Shown: positions 37,701 through 48,054, numbered from the stretch's first letter. The stretch is DNA of 61,473 bases from a virus (IMGVR_UViG_3300044731_000955:1-61473), one strand, 5' to 3'. Program-made: numbers and translations. Notes: generated from the letters alone by a model not told the origin.

Positions 37701-38831
37701 ACCATCAACCCCACTATCTAGTCCATTAACTGTAGCAAAAAATAACAATCCACATTTATCAAAATAGTAGCTATCTAAAGCGTCTTGTGATACCGAAACT
37801 AAGTTCATTGAGGTTTTATTATAACCTTCAGTGATACCAGAATACAATAAGACATTCCCATTGGCAAGTTCGGCAGCGTTTGCTCTTTGAGGAACATAAT
37901 CTTGCAACTGCTCGGTTTCTAATACATCAATTTGTGAATAAATACCGTCATTATAAAATTTATAATTATACAAATCATAATCAGGCACAGATAAAACTTC
38001 TTTATTGAAAGAACTAATTAAGTACCAATCAGTTGTAAAACCATTTGTTGTTTCTCTAAAAGCTATTTCGATAGCTCTTACATCAATTCCACCAGTACTT
38101 GTTGATACTGAAATTCTAGCATTGTTAGTTGGAATATCGCTAGTTAATAACAAAGTATCTTGTTGCGGCAATGGCACTATACTTCTAGCGCTCCAAACTG
38201 ATTTTTCATTATTATCATAAACATATCTGTAACAAAACTGAAATAAAGTATTTCTTACATTATTTACATTTACAGTAGTATCATTTTCGTAAACTACTTT
38301 AGGTGGCATTATTGGAGGAGCTTTAGCTACCAATATATATTCTAATTTCCAAGAAGTGCCATAATTATCAGATACATTAATTACTTTTGGTGGATTTAGT
38401 CCATCATTAAAAAACAATAAATCTCCTTCGTCATCTCTGTAAAAAATATTTACAGACAACACCTTATAAGAAGGATTAAAATTTAAAATGTCTATACTAT
38501 CGCTATCTGTTTTGCTTTCTAAAACTTTTACAATAGCTTCTGTACTAGCATTATAATATAAAATACTATTATAACCATTACTATTCCAAAGAAAATAATA
38601 AGCTCTATCTCTTACCTTATCTGGATAAAATCCAATTACTTTATTTTCACCCGCAGGCACTGTATACGCTATTTCAGTATTACCTAAGATATTAGCAATA
38701 ACCAAATCGTTACCGATTCCTTGTGAATCTTTAGTTATATTCAATGCATCAATATAATCTCCATTGGAAATTCTATATTGAGCAACATCTAAATTTAGCT
38801 TACCATTAAACGGGTTATTTATAATTGGCAT
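34713..38831 (-). CDS. Tail muzzle/stabilisation protein (crAss-type, P22 gp10-like), N-terminal and central part plus Thr-rich extension
   Basis: F-G-LN-D...Y-DALN start, L-FNDG-NPP--IN, QF-YRY-Y...E-S-WS, G-YGI, YFVD--RGVVCRL, GVFD. Confidence 0.8.
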   Translation of the reverse strand: MPIINNPFNGKLNLDVAQYRISNGDYIDALNITKDSQGIGNDLVIANILGNTEIAYTVPAGENKVIGFYPDKVRDRAYYFLWNSNGYNSILYYNASTEAIVKVLESKTDSDSIDILNFNPSYKVLSVNIFYRDDEGDLLFFNDGLNPPKVINVSDNYGTSWKLEYILVAKAPPIMPPKVVYENDTTVNVNNVRNTLFQFCYRYVYDNNEKSVWSARSIVPLPQQDTLLLTSDIPTNNARISVSTSTGGIDVRAIEIAFRETTNGFTTDWYLISSFNKEVLSVPDYDLYNYKFYNDGIYSQIDVLETEQLQDYVPQRANAAELANGNVLLYSGITEGYNKTSMNLVSVSQDALDSYYFDKCGLLFFATVNGLDSGVDGTILKIYIYGTGTNTSGIISTLDNAGGIYMVNIINSAGTSIGVSYTNNTNSVTVSTLLTAISSAFTTNGGGWTQVSLVNNILTLSNSSIFKLLSSGVKILFPANAPDNTVFANAFSSGYQYAVQYFDYLGRTIGAQTDIDASFTTQIVPGDPTVYRYPITKLEIKNRPPLEASYYHVLRSNNTTYNKRLFWISKAAYASTSVDTTVQRFAYVDISNIDAYNELITSTQGVVSYNFTQGDRITFLARYNSSNTQILFTTLYDYEVLGTNAVITLGDGTIKTGNFIKIAFPSGTGSDIMFTGDSNYLHYKIFLYNYTSNSSSTQKFFYEVDKCFGIGNAGTSNAYHIGLEQTQSASSPTSVPAIVSLTNGDLFWRKRKVSYSDAFVFTAGGTSQDINSLMQITVTDSPITTSDYIVKTQAFNNNLPANYPTYASANFFFNNLLATDALLLRLSGEFSVFQSQANNNTTFSIKAIILTASTSTLLDLTKTEVVQSQIVTNFILDNTISIPATAKVWIAVYSSNTLAGETFTLNAFNLNFNLLKNYTIPIIEKSFNDTYNLVTNSNGRVSVVDENAKQTYFPTLIRFGGAYQINTNINQINNFKFENFDEYDRSFGDVIRLHVRDRYLKVYQKFKVGNVPILTQIVKDSANNPLQANTDVLINKIQYYAGDYGIGDAATSLAWNNFADYFVDNYRGVVCRLSQDGITPISITNYMNAFFVAKLSAYRQELNNGVVETGVYMGNPCIYGVFDAYTNKYIIALEEIDRYYNCNYNGGTAIIIPTTTTTTTAAPTTTTTAAPTTTTTAAPTTTTTTQPPVWYNLYNCSSGVIETSASFPNGTFAIDQRVVYGGGLFFYVTQVLYTDPGGIQWSVSSAGGGLTFCPATTTSTTTIPPLEIVVTISCDNTQPGSTYLGKASVAITGGSGLYQIKAGYVPTYDTLVSVTTDPFVITSPTANYDGTLGLRNTTGGSDKFLVYVIDSFGTIDTAASDINCTTTTTAAP

Positions 38832-38837
38832 TTATTT

Positions 38838-39608
38838 CTAAGCTTTTACAGTCATACGCTGTGTGTCTAAATTTTGTTCGTAAGCTTGCATTATATATAA
38901 TGGCTTAAATTGAGCATTAGCAATTCTTCTTTGATTATAAAATTCTTGCTTCCTATCTCTCTTATCGCCTAAATTACCTTTTCTTGTACTTGGTATAGAT
39001 GCTATATCTCTCCAAGCTAAAAATGATAATAATGCCTCTCTAAATTGAATAGGTATTCTAAATGGTTCATCTGGATTTCCGCTTGATAAATATTCTATCA
39101 TCAAATAAGAATAATAAAAATATTGGTTTAAAAGAACCACCCCATTAGCATCGTCTATATTAAATGAGCCTACAAATGGTGAACCACTTGGTAAGCCGTA
39201 TATATTTTGGAAACCATACCCATCCCAATAATTAAACCATAAAGGCAAATCAGATTGATACCAAGTAGCTATTGTATTGTCTTGAGTTAAAGCAAGTCTA
39301 TCTGGCTGTTGGTCTGCATAATAAGTCATTTTGTTATTAAACTTCAAAGGAATAATTTCTCCTACTGAGTTTAACACGCCTATCTTAGTATAGCTGATGT
39401 AATCATTAGGCAATTCAGCTGTATAGTTTGTTGTGTCAATTGGTATTTTAACTGACCTAATTTTATAAAAAAAATCTAGCCCAAGCTTTTCCATGCCTCT
39501 AACTGCTATATTATATAATTTAGCGTATTTGTGTACTGATTGTTCACTTTCATCAATGTAATCATTGATTACTGAATCTATTGTTATATAATTTCTTGTT
39601 TGTGACAT
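38838..39608 (-). CDS. Tail ring/adaptor protein (crAss-type)
   Basis: LPNDYISYTKIG, IEYLS-G...IP..FREAL pattern; synteny. Confidence 0.7.
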   Translation of the reverse strand: MSQTRNYITIDSVINDYIDESEQSVHKYAKLYNIAVRGMEKLGLDFFYKIRSVKIPIDTTNYTAELPNDYISYTKIGVLNSVGEIIPLKFNNKMTYYADQQPDRLALTQDNTIATWYQSDLPLWFNYWDGYGFQNIYGLPSGSPFVGSFNIDDANGVVLLNQYFYYSYLMIEYLSSGNPDEPFRIPIQFREALLSFLAWRDIASIPSTRKGNLGDKRDRKQEFYNQRRIANAQFKPLYIMQAYEQNLDTQRMTVKA

Positions 39609-39610
39609 TT

Positions 39611-39883
39611 TTAATTATTTGAAACGTAAGCTAATATATCATTGTGACGAATCAAGAAATGCAATTCATCGTTTAATAAAATGGCTTCTCCTGCTCCTTT
39701 GATATGAAAAATAATATCGTCTTTTTTTGCTTCCATTTTTATTTTAGCTGTGCCTCTTCCAGTAGAAACTACTTTAGCCTTACAGCTTCTTTCTATGTAG
39801 TTTTCAGGTAAAAATAAACCTCCCTCTGTAATACCTTCTGCCATAAATGGCTTTACTAAAACTAAATCTCTAATTGGTTTCAT
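39611..39883 (-). CDS. groES: Co-chaperonin GroES-like
   Basis: KPIRDLVLVKP...TEGGLFLP...VVSTGRG...HNDILA. Confidence 0.85.
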   Translation of the reverse strand: MKPIRDLVLVKPFMAEGITEGGLFLPENYIERSCKAKVVSTGRGTAKIKMEAKKDDIIFHIKGAGEAILLNDELHFLIRHNDILAYVSNN

Positions 39884-39887
39884 ATTA

Positions 39888-40517
39888 TTAGTTATTATTA
39901 TCTACTCCATCATTACTTGTGTCTATTGGTCTTGACCTTTCAAAGGCTAATTGAGCTTTAATATACTCTACCATAATAGGCACATAATCATCTGGTATAA
40001 TTAATGTTGAATTTAAATCAGTTGAATCACCACCACTAACCATTCTAACATTAGCTTTATAGGCAGTTAATGGTATTCCTGTACTCATATAAACTTCTTG
40101 ACCTTGTGACCAATAGACTACTTTATTTTGAATTGGTCTTAATGTATCTTGATAACTTACTTGATTCATACTCAATGGAACAGCACCAAAAGTTGTTGGA
40201 GTATTATTATTGCTAAAATTTAATGTAGCTAGACCTTCATTTTTACCCAATGCTACTGGTATTTGTGGTAAGGTAAATTTAAAAGTAGTATTATTTACTG
40301 ATGTTATTGTCAATCCAGAATAACTTGTATAAAATGAATTGTTTACATAAGCAACACCATCCATTTGAATACTATCTGTATAATTCTTTTTAGCAGCTAC
40401 CCCAATTGCATCGTTAAGCCATTCATTAACCAAATTAAAAGTAATATTACTATCATCTGATGGCTGCCCATTATAGATTTGTCTTAATATTCTTTCTATA
40501 AATGTTTTTCTAGTCAT
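39888..40517 (-). CDS. Tail ring/adaptor protein
   Basis: Helical N-terminus, LP-IP, IPDDYVPIMVE C-terminus; synteny. Confidence 0.65.
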   Translation of the reverse strand: MTRKTFIERILRQIYNGQPSDDSNITFNLVNEWLNDAIGVAAKKNYTDSIQMDGVAYVNNSFYTSYSGLTITSVNNTTFKFTLPQIPVALGKNEGLATLNFSNNNTPTTFGAVPLSMNQVSYQDTLRPIQNKVVYWSQGQEVYMSTGIPLTAYKANVRMVSGGDSTDLNSTLIIPDDYVPIMVEYIKAQLAFERSRPIDTSNDGVDNNN

Positions 40518-41182
40518 TATTGTCCTTGTTGAGTTACTTGATTAGCATATTGCTGTAGTTGTCCATCTTGCAAGTTTAACCCTATTAATTTTAATGCACG
40601 AGCTATTATTTCTAACAAATCTACATCAGCCCAAACAGGCTGAACGCTTGTACCAGAACTATAAACAGGTCTGCCACTAACAGTGGTATAAGCCCAAACT
40701 ATTGATGGGGCTTCCTTGATATAATTCAAGGTAACAGTACCAATTGTTATTGGATAAAATTGGAATCCAGTACTAGTAATCATATAAATAGGATTAGTCG
40801 CTACAGGGTCAATTGTACTATTTAAATAAGAATATAAGCTGTCTTGTTGAGTATATCTAACTCTTTGCACCGTAGAAGTCAATAAACTATCTGCTTGAAC
40901 ATAGTCGCCCGGATAAGCTATAGCACCAGTGCCGGCATTAACTACGAGTGCTGTAGTTGCAAGCAATGGAGTAAGTCTTTGTCTTATATTTTCGTTTTGA
41001 CTATAATTTATTCTAGCTTGTGGTCTTCCGGGTTGGTATTGTTGAAACTCTCCTAATAAATAATCTTGATATGAAACCTGTGCTTGATTTATAGTCAGAT
41101 TAAATTCTGATGGAGTTAAATAACCATTTTGCGCTTTGTTAATTGCAAATTGGCATATCTGATACATATCATTAACATTCAT
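40517..41182 (-). CDS. Tail ring protein (likely start MNVNDMYQ at 41182)
   Basis: INK-QNGYLTP-EFN...NQAQ and YIK-P motifs; TATATTTG at 41207-41200. Confidence 0.7.
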   Translation of the reverse strand: MNVNDMYQICQFAINKAQNGYLTPSEFNLTINQAQVSYQDYLLGEFQQYQPGRPQARINYSQNENIRQRLTPLLATTALVVNAGTGAIAYPGDYVQADSLLTSTVQRVRYTQQDSLYSYLNSTIDPVATNPIYMITSTGFQFYPITIGTVTLNYIKEAPSIVWAYTTVSGRPVYSSGTSVQPVWADVDLLEIIARALKLIGLNLQDGQLQQYANQVTQQGQ

Positions 41183-41220
41183 TGAAATAAGTTGTACAAC
41201 AAATATACGAAAAAGATACA

Positions 41221-41260
41221 AAAAAGCCCCGTAATTTTTAGGCTACAGGGCTTCTTTTAT
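41221..41260. terminator. Intrinsic terminator (possibly bidirectional)
   Basis: aagccc...gggctt stem flanked by A- and T-runs. Confidence 0.6.
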
Positions 41261-41275
41261 TTAGAGGGGGAAAGA

Positions 41276-42169
41276 TTACATCAATTTCTTTAATTGCTCT
41301 AAAAATGCCTTACTTTCATCTTGAGGGTACATTGCAAATTCGACTAAATAATTTTGCGGTTTTTTGTCAGATGGTATCTTACAAATATAACCTCCATTAT
41401 TTGACCAATAAGCTGAACCTCTTTTTGTAGTAGTGTCAATTTTATTATCAATTAAAGCTTTTTTAACTATAAATGCTATTTCAACTTCTTTAGAACCAGC
41501 GCTTTGCATAAACTTATTAGGTTGAGCTTCAGCGTAAAGTTCGTAGTCATTTCTTAATGCATCCATTGATTTAGGCATTCCTAATTCATCCGTAAATGCA
41601 ATTCCCAAGAAATTAGAGTGCTTACGCATTTCGTCCTCGCTTGCCAATGAAGCGTATTTAATTGCTTCAACTTTAGCGACTCTTTTAGCTCTTTCAAGCT
41701 CTGCTGTTCTTTGTGGATTCCATTGAAAGAATGTAATTTTTCTAGTACCTTTTTTGTTAGGATTATCTAGATTAGCGTTACATAGATTTAAAAACTCAAG
41801 AGCTTCTACGTCATATTCAGCTACTCTTAATACTCTTCTGTCAAAAATTAAGCTTCTTCTGTTTTGTTCAACGAATGATTTTTCAAGTCCTTTTTGGTCT
41901 TCTACCCAAATACTTGGATAACCTCTCAAAAGTCTTATTCTTTCCATTCTACCTTTCTTTTCATTCCAAACATCGTCAATACCTTCCATATGGTATCTAC
42001 CATTTTTCTTGGTATCTGATAATTTGAAAATCTTGAAAGTTGTTGCTGTATTAGATGAAAAGGATTCCTGCATAGCTTGTGCAGCCTCATCATTTTGTCT
42101 TTGTACTTTTACTTCACCTTGTTGTGAATAGTTAGCATCTGCTAAACCTACTGCCTTTAAACGAGCCAT
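41276..42169 (-). CDS. Conserved crAss-type protein downstream of MCP
   Basis: 297 aa, synteny after MCP. Confidence 0.55.
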   Translation of the reverse strand: MARLKAVGLADANYSQQGEVKVQRQNDEAAQAMQESFSSNTATTFKIFKLSDTKKNGRYHMEGIDDVWNEKKGRMERIRLLRGYPSIWVEDQKGLEKSFVEQNRRSLIFDRRVLRVAEYDVEALEFLNLCNANLDNPNKKGTRKITFFQWNPQRTAELERAKRVAKVEAIKYASLASEDEMRKHSNFLGIAFTDELGMPKSMDALRNDYELYAEAQPNKFMQSAGSKEVEIAFIVKKALIDNKIDTTTKRGSAYWSNNGGYICKIPSDKKPQNYLVEFAMYPQDESKAFLEQLKKLM

Positions 42170-42191
42170 AAATGGTTATTTTTTAATGTTT

Positions 42192-42227
42192 AAAAAAGGT
42201 AGGAGCAATCAATAAAGTTGCCCCTAC
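42192..42227 (-). terminator. Intrinsic terminator after MCP
   Basis: ggtagggcaa...ttgctcctacc followed by T6 on minus strand. Confidence 0.7.
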
Positions 42228-42247
42228 CCGATTATTTTGGTAACAAA

Positions 42248-43660
42248 TTAGTTACCTTGAACGATGATAAATTGGTTTGCTGCACAAACACGAGTGCCTC
42301 TGTAGGTAATCATCGCGATTTGATTAGTCATTGTACCATCTGTAGGGTTTGGAGAACCACCACCATATTGCCATACGCGAATACCGTTACCAACAGTACC
42401 ACCTTGAGGAGGTTGTTGATACATAATAGTGATATTCTTGTAAACTTGAGCGGTTTTCGCATCCTTAGTTTCACCCATTGGATAGATTAATCCGAAATTA
42501 CGGAAGTAATCTACATTTGGAGTTAAACCAGTAGTAACCTCAGTGTTGAATTGAGCGTACTTCTTTACAGATAATAAATATCCATCGATGAAAATTTCTT
42601 GGAAACCATAAGCAACAGAAGCCTCTTTTGACTTCTCGCCTTGTCCATAAACGAAAGCACCAGCTGGGTAAGCAGCGAAGATACCATCAGAGAAATCTTG
42701 TCTTTGGAAGATGTCAGTTAACCAAGCAGATTGCTTAGCACAACCATTAACGTCCATGATACGAGTAATCTCATGTAATTTAGCGATATCTAATGTACCC
42801 GGAGTGTAACCAACAGTTTCACCGTCAGCAACAACTTTAGGAATGATACCTACTGAACCTTGAGAGTTAGAATCAATTGCGCTGTTATTTTGTAAATTAC
42901 CACGCATTAATTTTGCTTCTACGTTGTTTTTGAAACGAACAAGAGTCTTATACATACCTTTGTAAGTAAACGCAGTAACGCCATTTTGAGCCATATCTGG
43001 AGATACAGGGAACTCATAATATGTTTCAGCCATTTGCGCTAAGTCAGTGTTAGACCAACCATCACGAATTTCTGTCACATAGTTATCATATCTTTCGTCC
43101 AATTGGATTAAAGGATTGATAGCTTGAGAAGCTTCACCAGCATCTGCGTCACCACCGAATAATAAAACCTCACCAGCTAATAATGAACCAGAACCAGCTG
43201 ATTGGAAGCCTTGAGTAGTTTGCTTAGGAGCAACTACAAAAGTAAATGCATTAGGAACAGAATCATCGATACTTACGATAACACCCTCAATGTTTGAAGA
43301 TGCAACACGCAAAGTTTCATTAACTCTTAATGGAGATTGAGTACCACTGTTGTAGTAAGCTTCTGCTCCTAAAGTTAATGTAATAGAAGCACCAGCTGCA
43401 GCAGCAACTGTGCTATTGTTTGTAACACCCGGCATTAATTTACCGCGGTTTTCAAACCAGAAGTAGTTTAAGTTTTTAACTTCTTCCATGCCGCTATGAG
43501 CAGCTAACCACCATGTAAAATCTTCATTGCCATACTTTTGAGTATATTGCTTGTAGTACTGTGGAGTTAATAATTGTAGGTCAACCATAAGTTGCCTATT
43601 CTGGGTTTGCAACGAGATTGAACCCGGCTGCAAAATATTTGAGGTAGGTATTCCTGCCAT
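42248..43660 (-). CDS. Major capsid protein (crAss-like HK97 fold)
   Basis: 470 aa after scaffold; Y-W-E-G-L, G-G-GII, YGF, G-RV--AN motifs; biased high-expression codons. Confidence 0.8.
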   Translation of the reverse strand: MAGIPTSNILQPGSISLQTQNRQLMVDLQLLTPQYYKQYTQKYGNEDFTWWLAAHSGMEEVKNLNYFWFENRGKLMPGVTNNSTVAAAAGASITLTLGAEAYYNSGTQSPLRVNETLRVASSNIEGVIVSIDDSVPNAFTFVVAPKQTTQGFQSAGSGSLLAGEVLLFGGDADAGEASQAINPLIQLDERYDNYVTEIRDGWSNTDLAQMAETYYEFPVSPDMAQNGVTAFTYKGMYKTLVRFKNNVEAKLMRGNLQNNSAIDSNSQGSVGIIPKVVADGETVGYTPGTLDIAKLHEITRIMDVNGCAKQSAWLTDIFQRQDFSDGIFAAYPAGAFVYGQGEKSKEASVAYGFQEIFIDGYLLSVKKYAQFNTEVTTGLTPNVDYFRNFGLIYPMGETKDAKTAQVYKNITIMYQQPPQGGTVGNGIRVWQYGGGSPNPTDGTMTNQIAMITYRGTRVCAANQFIIVQGN

Positions 43661-43709
43661 GATATTTATTTTTTATTTTTTTGCGCCTCCTCCAAAGGCA
43701 AATATCAAG

Positions 43710-44873
43710 TTACGAACTAAAAGCCCATTCTGCCATCCTTAGCCTTTCAGCTTCGGTGCCATTAAGGTCTGGTTTCGCTCCTTGAGGAGTTGGGCTTTGG
43801 TTGATATTTATATTCCCGTTTTTCTTTAAATGAGCCAACAATCTTTGAGATGCTGCTTCATTTGCTATTTTTGAAAAGATTTTTTCACGATTCTCTAGCA
43901 GATATTTATCTGCCATTATTTGTTGAACTTTTGGTTTACCATCCTCGGCGAACCATCTTTTCTCAAAATATGAGTCACTATCAAAATCTGTCAAATCATT
44001 CTTCATTGCCAATCTTTCATCTTCAGCTACATTAAATGAAATCGGTATTTCGACATCCTCGTCTTTTACCGAAACATTAAATCCACTAAAGGATTGGAAA
44101 TCAGAATCAAGTGTTTTTTCATAAATCGACCTTGCTTGTTGCATAATCTCAAATTCCTCTTGAGATTCAGCTTCTCTTCCAGCCTCATTATAAATATCAG
44201 GTAACTTTATTTCACTTTTTAATTTTTCCAGCTCTGGTCTAATCACTTTCGCTTCAATCATCAACTTTCGTTCTGCGTAATCTACTTGCGATTGCCATGT
44301 TTTTACTTTCCCAGCATAATCCTCATCGGATTCATCATAACCTTGTTCAGGCTTTAAAGGTACGAAATGTTGGTCATAAAACAAAAGCTCAACATCATCT
44401 GCTGATAAGTCTTTGTATTTATTCTTAATATTCGTTTTAACAATTTCAGCAGCCAAGTCTGGCGTTAATTCTGAACTCGTTAATTTTTCTAACCTTTTTT
44501 GCTGATTTAAGATTTCATAAACATCATCAGCTTTGCCTTCTTTAATGGCATCAAATAACGACTTGCTTACATCATCTTTAAATTCAAAACTTGGTTGTTC
44601 TTTGAGTTTCTTAAACTCTTGTTCAGCTTGCTCTACGCTATCATAACCAAATCTTTCTTTTACAAATTGATTTGAGTCAAATGATTGAGTAGATACTGCT
44701 TGTTCCTCTACTTTTGTTTCCTCTTGTGGAGGAGGAGCTGCTTGTGCTGGCTCATTTGGTGCAGTAGGGGCTACTTCTACTTGCTGTTGCACTTGTGGTG
44801 CATTTTCATCCGAAAACGGATTGTAACCTTCTGCCAGCGTAATTGGCGCTGACATGTCTGTATTATCTGGCAT
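43710..44873 (-). CDS. Capsid scaffolding protein
   Basis: Acidic, Pro/Gln/Glu-rich N-terminus, coiled coil, directly upstream of MCP. Confidence 0.65.
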   Translation of the reverse strand: MPDNTDMSAPITLAEGYNPFSDENAPQVQQQVEVAPTAPNEPAQAAPPPQEETKVEEQAVSTQSFDSNQFVKERFGYDSVEQAEQEFKKLKEQPSFEFKDDVSKSLFDAIKEGKADDVYEILNQQKRLEKLTSSELTPDLAAEIVKTNIKNKYKDLSADDVELLFYDQHFVPLKPEQGYDESDEDYAGKVKTWQSQVDYAERKLMIEAKVIRPELEKLKSEIKLPDIYNEAGREAESQEEFEIMQQARSIYEKTLDSDFQSFSGFNVSVKDEDVEIPISFNVAEDERLAMKNDLTDFDSDSYFEKRWFAEDGKPKVQQIMADKYLLENREKIFSKIANEAASQRLLAHLKKNGNININQSPTPQGAKPDLNGTEAERLRMAEWAFSS

Positions 44874-44898
44874 AAATGCTTATTTGGTTTCTATTTTA

Positions 44899-45165
44899 TT
44901 AGTCTATAACTATAGTACCACTATTGTTAATGGTAATTACATAATCAACTGTTGTATCAGTTAATAAATGTACGCCATACCAACTTGTCCCGTCACCGTA
45001 AATTGGCTGCTTTGACTTACTACTAGTAAATAATTTATTAGAAGTAGTTAGGGTTGATGTTGTAGCGTATACTACTTGTGTCCCTTGTGATGTTGCGACA
45101 TAACCTGCTTCGCTTGCTGTTGGGTATGTATTTTTTGATAATACATATGCTATTAAATTTGCCAT
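44899..45165 (-). CDS. Small beta-rich putative virion protein
   Basis: Thr/Ser-rich, IYGDGTSWY...INNSG-I; in head operon. Confidence 0.5.
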   Translation of the reverse strand: MANLIAYVLSKNTYPTASEAGYVATSQGTQVVYATTSTLTTSNKLFTSSKSKQPIYGDGTSWYGVHLLTDTTVDYVITINNSGTIVID

Positions 45166-45184
45166 TTTTTATCTTTTTTAAATA

Positions 45185-45589
45185 TTAAGGTGCTGCTGTT
45201 GTTGTGGTAGTAGGCGCTGCCGTTGTCGTTGTTGTTGTATTACCTTGTAATAACAAATATTTACCAATAATACCAAATTCAACAATACCAGCTGCCGCAA
45301 TTGATGCAATATCTGTTTTGGTTGTTAAATTAACTCCTAAAACCGAAACCCAGTTAATTGGCACTTCTGGTGCAGGTGATAATTGCCCTGTAATAGAACC
45401 ATCATCGTTAGTAGTACTAAAACTAACTGTTCCAGATGTACCTACAAATTGTACTACCGCAGAATCCCATCCAGATAAATCTTGGTAAAAATTATTATTA
45501 GCATTAAAAGAATCTGTTGCATCTACAACTGTGCTAATTTTTGAACTAAATTTTTGTAGTCTTATTAAAAGTTTACTTACCGTTGCCAT
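45185..45589 (-). CDS. Putative head decoration protein with C-terminal TTTTTTAAPTTTTTAAP tail
   Basis: Beta-rich, between portal and scaffold; Thr tail visible. Confidence 0.55.
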   Translation of the reverse strand: MATVSKLLIRLQKFSSKISTVVDATDSFNANNNFYQDLSGWDSAVVQFVGTSGTVSFSTTNDDGSITGQLSPAPEVPINWVSVLGVNLTTKTDIASIAAAGIVEFGIIGKYLLLQGNTTTTTTAAPTTTTTAAP

Positions 45590-45611
45590 TTTATTTATTT
45601 TTTATGTTATT

Positions 45612-47999
45612 TTATTGTTGTTGCATTTGTTGCTGTTCCATCATCATCTGCTCTTCTTCAGGTGAGCCTTGACCTTGTTCCATTTGTTGTTGCTGAATTT
45701 GCATTTGTTGTTGCTGCAGCGCTTCCTCCATTTGCTGATTATCAATAGCCAATGGTACTTCAATATTTTGCAACATTTCAGCTATTAAAGGCTTTAATTC
45801 TATTGGCATTGGGATACTAGCTTTAGCCAAATCAAACATACCTTGTATTATAATTTCTCTTTGCTTAGCTTGCGTTTGTTTATCTAACAAAGCGGCATCG
45901 CCTTGAGCCTTAGCTTGCATGCTAGATTGTTGAATCTGTGCATTTTGTTCGCTATTTGTTTGAGCTTTTTCTTGCTCTGTTTTTATATATCTTTTTTGAG
46001 CTTGTCTGAAGTATAGCTCAGCTAATGACACATTTTCTTTTGCAATTCTCATTGCTTTAAAAGGGTCTAAATATATAATCAATTGAGGGTTTGATGCAAT
46101 AGCATTATTCATCATTGCTTGCAAATTTGCTATCTCCATTTCTGTCGGTAACATTTTAATTGTAGCAACAAAATTTCTATCCTTAACATCTTCTTGTTTT
46201 AATAAATCTCTATATTTTTTAGAGCCGTATGTTACGCTTTTATTCAATAAACAAGCTATTTTTTTACAGCTTTCTTCCATTACATAAATATATGCGTCAT
46301 ACATATATTCGGTTGCATTATTAGCTAAAACTCTTGAAGCTTCAATATTTGATGCAGCAACTCTTGGCTGTGCGGCTTGATTCATTAAATTAGGGTCTTC
46401 CCCTAGCTCATCTTTCAATACTTGATAATGAAATTGGTATAATTGAATTAAAGCTTGCAATTGAGGAGCAAATCCTGTATTAGCTAATTCTGTAATTGGT
46501 ACTGGTATTCTATTACCCTCAGCATCTCTACCACGATAATAAAGCTTACCTGTTTGTTCCCATATTTTTTGAACTTCTAGTGGTTTAACAGAATCACCTA
46601 ATCCTAAATCAAGCTCTTGCAATGCGTCAACATCGATTGAAGCACCAGCTGGCACCATCTTGGCTACCATTTGTTGTATCTTCAATCTAGCTAAAATCAT
46701 CTGCTCGATAGGCTCTTCTATTTTTTCAGGTACAGCCACATTACGCATATCGTATGGGTCATACATATAAAAACTATATGAAAATTCTGCGTTCCCAATT
46801 TCTTTTGGGTCTTGAGGGCGAATCATATTTTTCTTAATTCCCCAATGAATCATTTTTTGGGTAACAGGACAATATACGCCTTCGTATATGTTCCATTTCT
46901 TTTCTTCTAAATACTCTTGATTTTCATCAATTTTTTCAGGCTTGCCTTTTCTTATAATAGTGCTACCGTTCTTTTTAGTTTTGGTAACAGTATATCCATC
47001 AGAATCTAATGTTTTAATTTCAAATTTCATCAAATCAATGTTCCATTCATCATAAGGTCTTAACCAAGAAACATTCCAATCTTGCATCCACTTAATCTTA
47101 TCAGTTAATTGGTATTCCTTACATGACTGAGCTAACATAAATATATCTTCTTCAGATAATGTACCACCTGAAGCGATGCTATATCTAGCCCTTATTTCAC
47201 TAATTTTCATAGACAAAATATGTCCACGATATGTTGTATCTCTAAAATCTGGAAAATCAGAATATGAATAAATTGCGTTTTCAGGACGAATCCATTGAAC
47301 ATGAACTTCTCCTTCTTCATCCATCCAAGTATATGTACACACTAATCCAACTTCTGCTGAATCATGTAATAGTCTTTGTTTTAAAACATCGTTCCAACCA
47401 TTAGCTTCTAATACATTATTGCAACCAATGCTATATTGAATTTCTTCAGGTAAATGATTAAATTGTAAAATCCATTGGTCTAATTCATCTTTATCTTCAG
47501 CTACAAATTGGTCTTGTGGAATAATTTGAACTCCTGACTCTTCTTGTAATTGAGAAAGAACTTCTTTATTTTGATAAACAAATTCTGCTTCATCGGCTGC
47601 ATCTTTTTTTAACATTGCTGATGCGCTATCTGTTGCAACAACTGCAACTTTTTCTTTTCTACTCATCCATGAACCAACCAATCTTGCAACAATTGTATTA
47701 CCAATAATAATTGATTTCCAATTTATATTTACAAAGTTAGCTTTGCTATTCATTTCTAAACGGTCCATAAACACACTCATGTCTATTTTACCATTTGCAA
47801 TTTGTCTATTTTTTCTAAATCTATTATTTCTTAACCAAAAATAAGTTTGGTTACCGTATATTGTAGAGTAGATGCTTTGCGCAACATTTTTACCGTACAT
47901 GTAATCTTTCTTAGAAGATACATCGGTAGTAATTTGAAACTTTTTTAAAGCTTCTCCATTACTATTTGCTGCTGATATTGATAAAGGACTATCTGCCAA
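45612..47999 (-). CDS. Portal protein (crAss-type) with Gln-rich C-terminus
   Basis: 795 aa directly after TerL; TTG start preceded by TATATTTG at 48024-48017. Confidence 0.8.
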   Translation of the reverse strand: MADSPLSISAANSNGEALKKFQITTDVSSKKDYMYGKNVAQSIYSTIYGNQTYFWLRNNRFRKNRQIANGKIDMSVFMDRLEMNSKANFVNINWKSIIIGNTIVARLVGSWMSRKEKVAVVATDSASAMLKKDAADEAEFVYQNKEVLSQLQEESGVQIIPQDQFVAEDKDELDQWILQFNHLPEEIQYSIGCNNVLEANGWNDVLKQRLLHDSAEVGLVCTYTWMDEEGEVHVQWIRPENAIYSYSDFPDFRDTTYRGHILSMKISEIRARYSIASGGTLSEEDIFMLAQSCKEYQLTDKIKWMQDWNVSWLRPYDEWNIDLMKFEIKTLDSDGYTVTKTKKNGSTIIRKGKPEKIDENQEYLEEKKWNIYEGVYCPVTQKMIHWGIKKNMIRPQDPKEIGNAEFSYSFYMYDPYDMRNVAVPEKIEEPIEQMILARLKIQQMVAKMVPAGASIDVDALQELDLGLGDSVKPLEVQKIWEQTGKLYYRGRDAEGNRIPVPITELANTGFAPQLQALIQLYQFHYQVLKDELGEDPNLMNQAAQPRVAASNIEASRVLANNATEYMYDAYIYVMEESCKKIACLLNKSVTYGSKKYRDLLKQEDVKDRNFVATIKMLPTEMEIANLQAMMNNAIASNPQLIIYLDPFKAMRIAKENVSLAELYFRQAQKRYIKTEQEKAQTNSEQNAQIQQSSMQAKAQGDAALLDKQTQAKQREIIIQGMFDLAKASIPMPIELKPLIAEMLQNIEVPLAIDNQQMEEALQQQQMQIQQQQMEQGQGSPEEEQMMMEQQQMQQQ

Positions 48000-48054
48000 T
48001 TGAGTGTATTTTGTGTCAAATATACTAAATATTAAGAATTTAGTAAAATTTTAA

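Noticed and set aside
45612-45725. Poly-Gln tail of portal
   Set aside because: Common coiled-coil barrel extension in podovirus portals
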